From positions 1 to 64,000 of IMG/VR virus record IMGVR_UViG_3300025154_000052: a stretch of DNA of 64,000 bases; one strand, 5' to 3'. Position numbers and translations under genes: made by a program. This DNA comes from a virus. The notes below the pieces were generated by a model, which saw only the letters and a list, made by a program, of their open reading frames with translations, made no database searches and was not told the DNA's origin. Shown in pieces: positions 30,415 to 36,943 of the stretch. Positions within the stretch are counted from its first letter, which is position 1. Each line of letters opens with the position of its first letter.

Positions 30415-32089
30415 CGTGCAGTTCCTTCTTTGCGCATCGTGGTTTCTTCACGACTGCACTCTGTTCACCGGTTGTCTTCGCCTCATCCAGCGCTTTACGC
30501 AGTATGTTCACAGCCGCGTTGATGTCGCGATCATGAGACACACCACACACCGGACATGTCCATGTTCTCACCGACATCGGCAGATCGTCCACTCGCTCAC
30601 CACATGCAGAGCATATCTTGCTCGATGCGGACCACTTATCGATCCGCACCGACCGACCGCCATACGCCGGCGCCTTGTACTCGAGTTGCCGGCGGAATTC
30701 CCCAGGGCATGCGTCGGTCAGACTGCGCTGGAATCCGCGCTTGCGCTTCCCTTCGCCGGTCATCTTCTCTGCGTTCTGAGTCTTCATCTCGTTGAAGTTG
30801 ATGTCCTCCAGTCCGATAAAACTGTAGGTCTGCACGATGCGAGTTGTGGCCTTGTGCATGTGATCATTACGCTGATTGGCGGCATGCTGCTGGAGTTTGG
30901 TGATCTTCGCCTCAAGGTCGATCATGCGCTGTGACTTCTGGCGACCACACCCCCGGCACCGACGACAGCGCTTTGACTCGTCCTCCAGATCCTTCCCGGT
31001 GCCCTTGCAGACCTCACATGTCACTGCCCGCCTATCCTGGACCTGGCCTGCACCAGAGCACCGCTTGCATTCCTTCTTCTTGTCCGGTTCACCAGCGCAC
31101 GCCGGGCACGGAAGCCAGATACTCTTGAGACTGATGGCCTGATTGAGTTTCGCGATCCGTGGTTCGTTCTTTCGTGCAGCGTGGAGGTTATCGATCTTCT
31201 CACCAGTGGAGAGAGTGGCAGTTGACGCTACGCCAAGATCGACACCGACTGATGGACCGGCATGCGCGGCAGGATCGGGAACGGTAATATCCATCACCTG
31301 AATAGATGCGTACCAATGCCGGTTGTCCTCGAAGACTCGAGCAGACGCAACCCGCCCTTGAAAACGCAGTTCTTCTGCCATCGTAATGCGCTGATGGTAT
31401 TTGTTCCCAGTGAACACGAAGTGTTTGCCATCAACGCCAAATATCGCGTTGCAGCCACTCTTGTCTGAACCCGGCAGAAGAAAACTCTTCCCGCTGCTTC
31501 TGTTCTTGAATCGCGGATGACCACATCCCATCCATGCGGGGAAATCCTTACACCAGCAGTTCTTGTCATCCTTACGGCGTGAGCATGGCTTTGAACCACA
31601 CTCCTTGAAATACTTATTCCACGCCTTGTTGAGGTCGATGAATGCATTGAAGCCGACCATCGCAGGCACGGCATTTGCGATTACTGCACCACGCAGTTGC
31701 CCGGATGCCGATGTCTTCTTGACCTGTGTCCATGCCGCACTCGCAGGAGCAGAGTCCCAACCTGTGGGAGCCCGCTTCAACCGATCATCATCTGTATAAC
31801 TTGCCCATTCAACCTTGGGCTTGCTCTGCTTTTTCTTTTTATCGTCAGACACTTCAGTCTTTTTCTTTTTACGCTTTGATTCTTTCTTGGGTTTCAGTGC
31901 TGGATCACGGGCCAGTCGTTCGGCGTCTGAGAGTGCATTCCAGTCGGCAATGACGCGACGATTCGACTCAATTAAGAATGACAGCCCGAAGTTCCAGGCG
32001 GTGCGAGCCACGAAGGCGCAGTCTTGGAGAAAGCGTTCCTGCTCTTTGGTGGGGAACAGACGTATTCTGTGCGACCTTGATATGTTCAC
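30404..32089 (-). CDS. CRISPR-associated TnpB-derived type V nuclease (Cas12f / V-U-like)
   Basis: N-terminal HRIRLFPTKEQ...ARTAWN (TnpB-type). RuvC-I VGVDLG, RuvC-II IGLEDINF, CSAC...CPVC zinc finger, RuvC-III HDRDINAAVNI. GTG at 32089 after GGAGG (ORF track start 32101). Adjacent to CRISPR arrays. Confidence 0.85.
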   Translation of the reverse strand: MNISRSHRIRLFPTKEQERFLQDCAFVARTAWNFGLSFLIESNRRVIADWNALSDAERLARDPALKPKKESKRKKKKTEVSDDKKKKQSKPKVEWASYTDDDRLKRAPTGWDSAPASAAWTQVKKTSASGQLRGAVIANAVPAMVGFNAFIDLNKAWNKYFKECGSKPCSRRKDDKNCWCKDFPAWMGCGHPRFKNRSSGKSFLLPGSDKSGCNAIFGVDGKHFVFTGNKYHQRITMAEELRFQGRVASARVFEDNRHWYASIQVMDITVPDPAAHAGPSVGVDLGVASTATLSTGEKIDNLHAARKNEPRIAKLNQAISLKSIWLPCPACAGEPDKKKECKRCSGAGQVQDRRAVTCEVCKGTGKDLEDESKRCRRCRGCGRQKSQRMIDLEAKITKLQQHAANQRNDHMHKATTRIVQTYSFIGLEDINFNEMKTQNAEKMTGEGKRKRGFQRSLTDACPGEFRRQLEYKAPAYGGRSVRIDKWSASSKICSACGERVDDLPMSVRTWTCPVCGVSHDRDINAAVNILRKALDEAKTTGEQSAVVKKPRCAKKELHDAR

Positions 32090-32111
32090 TTCCGCCTCCA
32101 CTCTACACTTT

Positions 32112-32348
32112 GCTACTCAGCATCCGCTGTCACGCGCCGGTGGTAAACAGATGGGCTGGATCGAGCAGCTCACAATGGTTCTCGCTACTCAGCATCCGCT
32201 GTCACGCAGATCGGGGGGCGGTCATGATTACCAAACCTGTCACAATGGTTCTCGCTACTCAGCATCCGCTGTCACGTCTCTTTCCAGGCGGTTACGTCGC
32301 ACACCTCTTCGGTCACAATGGTTCTCGCTACTCAGCATCCGCTGTCAC
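32112..32348 (-). CRISPR. CRISPR mini-array 1: three near-complete repeats, one truncated terminal repeat, 3 spacers
   Basis: Repeat GTGACAGCGGATGCTGAGTAGCGAGAACCATTGTGAC (37 bp, minus sense) at 32312-32348, 32239-32275 and 32169-32205 (one mismatch); 22-bp remnant at 32112-32133. Spacers 36, 33 and 35 bp. Confidence 0.93.
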
Positions 32349-32391
32349 TGCCTCACTAAATTTGTAAGGTGTAGCAACCATTTGCGAGCAC

Positions 32392-32462
32392 GTAGCGCGA
32401 ACCTTCGCGTTTCCAGTTGAGCGTCAACTATATCCGCGCTTATACCGATGTGTGCTCACCGG
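32392..32462 (-). ncRNA. Putative tracrRNA-like scaffold and anti-repeat, copy 1
   Basis: 46/62 identity with 32910-32971; hairpins with compensatory changes; 13/16 match to repeat 1 in anti-repeat orientation at 32392-32407. Confidence 0.6.
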
Positions 32463-32557
32463 TAAATACCTGAAATCTATTGTTTATTTTTCTTGTCTAT
32501 ACCTGCGCGAACCTGCCTGTGTTTTGATGTTTGCTACAGGTCCGCGATCATTCTAGT

Positions 32558-32855
32558 CACTCCCAACGATCAGCTATTGTCAGCCATTACCCATCTCATC
32601 AGTGCCCTCAATGGCACTCCCAACGATCAGACATTGTCAGGTGTTGTGCACTGGTCGATCGGTTTTACCCAGACGCCCTCAATGGCACTCCCAACGATCA
32701 GACATTGTCAGTGTTAGCTGTAAGTGAGGTTAAAGTGGCAAGTATCGTCCCTCAATGGCACTCCCAACGATCAGACATTGTCAGCCGGGACTGTGTCAGC
32801 AGCAGCCGCACGCAGTGCGCCCTCAATGGCACTCCCAACGATCAGACATTGTCAG
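32558..32855 (-). CRISPR. CRISPR mini-array 2: four full repeats, one degenerate terminal repeat, 4 spacers
   Basis: Repeat CTGACAATGTCTGATCGTTGGGAGTGCCATTGAGGGC (37 bp, minus sense) at 32819-32855, 32748-32784, 32675-32711 and 32604-32640; degenerate copy at 32558-32583. Spacers 34, 36, 34 and 20 bp. Confidence 0.95.
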
Positions 32856-32891
32856 GGCTGCCACCAAGACGCCAGCAATTCCAATGGCTTA

Positions 32892-32971
32892 TGATCACGT
32901 TTTCGAGCGCCTTCGCGTTTCCGGTTAAGGTTTAACCATTGACGCGCTTAAGCCGACGCTAAGTTCACCGG
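32892..32971 (-). ncRNA. Putative tracrRNA-like scaffold and anti-repeat, copy 2
   Basis: Homologous to copy 1 at nearly the same distance from its first repeat; GAGCGCCTTCG versus repeat 2 GAGTGCCATTG. Confidence 0.55.
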
Positions 32972-33221
32972 CTATCAACTAGTTGAACGTCGTAACGTCC
33001 AATCCTGTATTCAGTTTTCAAAACTCGGTATAGACCATCTGGTCATGCGAGCGACCCCCGGGATCTGAGACATCGCCGGGCCGCTCGAAAAAGGATGTCG
33101 AAGGTGCTCTCATGAGTCATGAGAATTGGCCGATCACCGTAGAGCCTTAGCACCGACGACATGAACCCAGTCTAGCACGAATCATTAAACTAGTCTCTAA
33201 AATAATCCGTGCCAGGAGGTT

Positions 33222-33731
33222 TTAGTTCCCCATCGCCGCAAACGCCGCGTCGAACGGCGCTTCGTCCTCGGTCAACACGTCGATGTCGATCCACAGGCTC
33301 GAGTTCAGTCGATGGTAAAGAGCGTTCCACGTCGCCTCATCCAGTGCAGCGTCCACCTTGAATTCAAGGCAGGCGGACCCGCCCTGAACGAGGCACTTCA
33401 CCTTACCGGTAATGATGGCCTCGTTCAGGGTGATGACGGCGTGGTGAGTGTCCAGCGTGGCATGTAGACGAATAGTGAGAGGCGGGAAGGTGTCCTCAAG
33501 TTGGTCGTCCCAGCGGCGACCGTCAACACTGTCCTCGAGCCGCTGGCGAAGTCCTGGAAAGTGGGTCTCGACAGATTCGACGACCTCGTCCGGGACGTCT
33601 TCGTCGAGTTCAAGACGGAAGCCCATCTCCCCCCTGACTGCTCGCTCTCCCCGAAGTGGAGACACCTTGACCTTGTGGTGAGACCGAAACAAAGTGACCC
33701 GCACCCGCTTGAACGACTCGAACATATCCAC
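33222..33731 (-). CDS. Hypothetical protein
   Basis: 169 aa, GTGGA RBS-like sequence, own promoter. Confidence 0.6.
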   Translation of the reverse strand: MDMFESFKRVRVTLFRSHHKVKVSPLRGERAVRGEMGFRLELDEDVPDEVVESVETHFPGLRQRLEDSVDGRRWDDQLEDTFPPLTIRLHATLDTHHAVITLNEAIITGKVKCLVQGGSACLEFKVDAALDEATWNALYHRLNSSLWIDIDVLTEDEAPFDAAFAAMGN

Positions 33732-33756
33732 CCCACAGCAAAAAGACCACGGGTGT

Positions 33757-33784
33757 ATTATATCACGGGAGGGGAATGGATCAA
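33757..33784 (-). promoter_or_regulatory. Putative sigma70 promoter (may read through into the CRISPR locus)
   Basis: TTGATC-N16-TATAAT with an extended TG. Confidence 0.6.
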
Positions 33785-33835
33785 CAAAATTAAATGGTAG
33801 TTTAATCTATCCGTACATGCGGACAAAAAAAGGGG

Positions 33836-34333
33836 TCATGTGGTGATGGTCACTTCGATGCGTGCCGAGTCGGATTCGACCCACTCCCACGATCCCGCTC
33901 TCACCACACGAAGACGGTCATCCTTGATCACACCAGCCTTGACCATGGCGTCGAGCACGCTACCGATCGCGTTGTCGCCGTCACACGAACCAGCGCCACC
34001 GATGAGTTTCACATCCACGCGAACTCGCTCGAGTCGCATGGGTCCAGTCCATTGTGAAGTGATCTGCTTCTGTGCCTGCCTCAACCACTCGGTGTAATCG
34101 GCTGGCCGTCGAACGTCGATACCTCCTCCGTCGTCGATAAACGACCGTCCACGGGCTTTTCCCTTGGGTGGAAGGCTCAAGACAAGCATGTAGGTCTGAC
34201 CGCTCTCTACAACCGGGACAGTGGGCTTCCTGGCCGTGTTCGTTCGCCCGATCTTCCGGGTGTCGACCATCCGGAGATCTCCACCCGCCTCTTTCAGCAA
34301 CCGTCTGAACTCTTCCCGCGTAATGTCCGCCAT
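33836..34333 (-). CDS. rusA: Holliday junction resolvase, RusA family
   Basis: LPPKGKAR...DGDNAIGSVLDAMVKAGVIKDD...ARIEVTI. Confidence 0.8.
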   Translation of the reverse strand: MADITREEFRRLLKEAGGDLRMVDTRKIGRTNTARKPTVPVVESGQTYMLVLSLPPKGKARGRSFIDDGGGIDVRRPADYTEWLRQAQKQITSQWTGPMRLERVRVDVKLIGGAGSCDGDNAIGSVLDAMVKAGVIKDDRLRVVRAGSWEWVESDSARIEVTITT

Positions 34334-34428
34334 CGCTTCCGCTCCGATTTGTCGTGTAGAATCGGTCGTGATACAGTCGAATCTGTTGGAACCAACACAA
34401 CAGTCAATCCCTGTACAGGAGTAATTTC

Positions 34429-34761
34429 ATGGCTATCACAGTCGCAAATGATGCCGTTATCGGCGTCGTCCCGTCGTCCCCCAAGCGCACCATCCGTATG
34501 AAACTCACCGGAGACGCGACCTACGCAGCCGGTGGCTACACCCTCGGTCTCGGTGCGCGCGCCGGCTTCAAGGACCTGGGAACCGGCGTCAAGCCCAACA
34601 CCATCACCTTCGAGGGATGTACGGTGTTCACTCTGGCCGCCGCCTACGACCGGGCCAACGACAAGATCTACATCGTCGACTACTCGACCGGCGCCGAAGC
34701 GGCCGACAACCTGGGAGGCATCAACGGCGCGATCTTCTACTTCCAGGTGACCTTCGAGTAG
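34429..34761 (+). CDS. Small putative virion decoration-like protein in reverse orientation
   Basis: AGGAG RBS, strongly C/G-ending codons, GDATYAAGGY motif; only plus-strand gene in the block. Confidence 0.55.
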   Translation: MAITVANDAVIGVVPSSPKRTIRMKLTGDATYAAGGYTLGLGARAGFKDLGTGVKPNTITFEGCTVFTLAAAYDRANDKIYIVDYSTGAEAADNLGGINGAIFYFQVTFE

Positions 34762-34763
34762 GA

Positions 34764-36137
34764 TCACCGTTCCAGATCCGAGAACCGCCCAGTCTCCTTC
34801 TCGAACATTACCTTCACGGTGCCAGTCGGGCCATTCCGCTGCTTTGCGATGATGATCTCGCACACCCCCTTCTGATCAGGATCGATGTCCTTGTTGTAGA
34901 CCTCGTCACGATACATGAACATGATGAGATCCGCGTCCTGCTCCAACGAACCACTCTCACGCAAATCAGACATAACAGGCCGTTTGTCTTGTCTACTCTC
35001 GAGACTTCGATTGAGTTGGGCCAGGGTGAGGCACGGCACCTCTAACTCTTTCGCCAGTCGCTTGAGTTCACGGCTACGCCGGGCGATCTCCTGCTCCCGG
35101 CTCCCGCCGATGTCGCTGTCATCCATCAACTGGATGTAGTCGAGGATGATCGCCTTGAGTTGGTACTTCTTGTGAGCGGCCCGGGCCTTGACTTTCAACT
35201 CTTCGATGGTTCCTGGCATCTCGTCGATGTAGATCGGCGCGTCGTAGATCCGATCTACGGCATCGTTCAGGAGTGCTGCTTCCTCGTCGGTCATCTGTCC
35301 GGTACGAACCGCCTGAGCATTGACACCGGACTCTGAACAGAGTAGCCGAAGGTGCAGTTGTAGCAGGCTCATCTCAACACTGAATATGGCCACCGGGTAG
35401 TTGTAAACCATCGCCATGTATCGGGCGAGGTACAACGCAAAGGCCGTTTTTCCCATCGACGGACGGCCCGCAAGGATGATCTGATCCGTGGGTTGAAGAC
35501 CAGCTGTAAGTCTGTCGAGTTCAGTCAACCCGGTGGGGACTCCGGTGATGGCTGCCTGATTATTCCGCAACCGCTGAATATGGTCCACGGTGGCCTGGGT
35601 GGCGTCAGCGATGGAGATCAACCCCTTCCCCGTCGTCTGCGCTTCCGCCAGTTCTTCACCGACCTGACTGGTGAAGGTGAGGAGTTCCCCCACAGGCGTT
35701 CCCATGTCGATAGACTTCTCGGAGAGACGCTTACCCGCGGCATATGCCTTTCTGCGAATGGCATCTTCCTTCACGGTCAAGGCATAGTGCCGGGCCCGGG
35801 ACGTGTCAGCGACATGCGTTGTAAGATCGGAGACATATTCCAGGCCACCCGCGACATCCACCCGATCCGCCTTTATCAGCGCTCGAGGTAGGGTTACTCC
35901 GTCGATGGGTGACGACTGGGCGTGCAACTCCACGATGGCCTGGAAGATCACCTGATGCCGTGGATTCCAGAAGTCAGCCGGCTTCACAAGGGTGAGCACA
36001 TCATCCACGACCGAATTGTCGATGATGATAGATCCGATCACGGCTCGCTCGGCAACTTCATCCCGGGGCAACGGGCTATTCGCTTCCGTCGTTCTGAGTC
36101 CTGGCCTTGTCCGCTCCCGCTTCTGCTCTTTCCTCAC
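34764..36137 (-). CDS. dnaB: Replicative DNA helicase DnaB
   Basis: AERAVIGSII, GRPSMGKT, DYIQL, AQLNRS, DLRESGSLEQDAD, KQRNGP. GTG start overlaps the previous stop; no intein. Confidence 0.96.
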   Translation of the reverse strand: MRKEQKRERTRPGLRTTEANSPLPRDEVAERAVIGSIIIDNSVVDDVLTLVKPADFWNPRHQVIFQAIVELHAQSSPIDGVTLPRALIKADRVDVAGGLEYVSDLTTHVADTSRARHYALTVKEDAIRRKAYAAGKRLSEKSIDMGTPVGELLTFTSQVGEELAEAQTTGKGLISIADATQATVDHIQRLRNNQAAITGVPTGLTELDRLTAGLQPTDQIILAGRPSMGKTAFALYLARYMAMVYNYPVAIFSVEMSLLQLHLRLLCSESGVNAQAVRTGQMTDEEAALLNDAVDRIYDAPIYIDEMPGTIEELKVKARAAHKKYQLKAIILDYIQLMDDSDIGGSREQEIARRSRELKRLAKELEVPCLTLAQLNRSLESRQDKRPVMSDLRESGSLEQDADLIMFMYRDEVYNKDIDPDQKGVCEIIIAKQRNGPTGTVKVMFEKETGRFSDLER

Positions 36138-36943
36138 TGGTCGCCTCCCGAGAACGTTTTCAATTCGGCGCGATAGTTCGGGCCGGTAAAGGTAATTTGC
36201 TTGCCTTCGCACATCTGGAAGAGCCGATAAGCGACCCTTGCAGGGTAGACCTGTGCGACGTCTGCAAGGCTATGCTCAGACGTGACCACGGTAGGAAGCC
36301 GCCACAGAGCACGGTGGTCGATGATGTCGCAGATGAACGACTGGAGCCAGTCGGGGAGTCCTCCTTTCGTGCTGCCCAGATCGTCAATCACCAGTAGCCC
36401 GGCGTGTCTCCACTCCTTCCGAATGTCCGCCTTCGTTCCGGCATCCACGTCTGACTCTCGCATGAACCGGCCCGATCTCCCCGTGTGGCGAATGTGGTGC
36501 AGCAGTGCAGCTATCGCGGCAACAGTCTTCCCCCGCCCGGTCTTACCGCACAGATGGACAGACCCACCCGACTCAACGACCGACTGCAACTTCCTGAGTC
36601 GGTCCTCGTTCGTCTCGTTGATCAGACCATCCAATGTCAACGTCCAGAGATGGCTGGGCACACCAGACAGGGAGATCTCACGATGAACCGACTCTGCCCA
36701 TGCCTTGGCCGCTGTCTGCGCCTGCCGAGCCGCGCGACACGTCGAACAGGTCTGTAGTACCCACTGGCTTGTTGACAACGGCATCAGGCGATACTGGAGG
36801 GACGCTCCACACTCGCACTGAACCGGGTCAGGTTGCGGCGTGAGCGGGACAGCTCCTGCTTCCTTCCACCGTCGATACGATCCCATGTCAAAACTCAACA
36901 GCCTCCTCCTTTCACAATTCACGCACTTCGGGCATCTCGTCAT
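36134..36943 (-). CDS. DnaC/IstB-like ATPase (helicase loader)
   Basis: GKTGRGKT Walker A, LLVIDDLG Walker B, VVTSE, CECG...CSTC zinc motif. Confidence 0.85.
   Translation of the reverse strand: MTRCPKCVNCERRRLLSFDMGSYRRWKEAGAVPLTPQPDPVQCECGASLQYRLMPLSTSQWVLQTCSTCRAARQAQTAAKAWAESVHREISLSGVPSHLWTLTLDGLINETNEDRLRKLQSVVESGGSVHLCGKTGRGKTVAAIAALLHHIRHTGRSGRFMRESDVDAGTKADIRKEWRHAGLLVIDDLGSTKGGLPDWLQSFICDIIDHRALWRLPTVVTSEHSLADVAQVYPARVAYRLFQMCEGKQITFTGPNYRAELKTFSGGDQ

Noticed and set aside
30404-32101. IS605/IS607 insertion sequence carrying an ordinary TnpB
   Set aside because: No tnpA or serine recombinase nearby, no visible terminal hairpins or ends, the 3' end overlaps the next gene, and the 5' side is a CRISPR array.
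32641-32674. Spacer whose reverse complement encodes LGKT, suggesting self-targeting of a SNF2 gene
   Set aside because: The nucleotide sequence does not match either SNF2 Walker A region in the window beyond a few bases.
31978-32935. ORF-track entries spanning the arrays (31978-32367, 32493-32717, 32531-32935)
   Set aside because: They are translations of repeat-spacer units with repeating peptides and no RBS; not genes.
33811-33834. Terminator at TCCGTACATGCGGA plus an A-run
   Set aside because: The T-run lies before the hairpin on the minus strand and only an A-run follows it on the plus strand, so the geometry is wrong for an intrinsic terminator.
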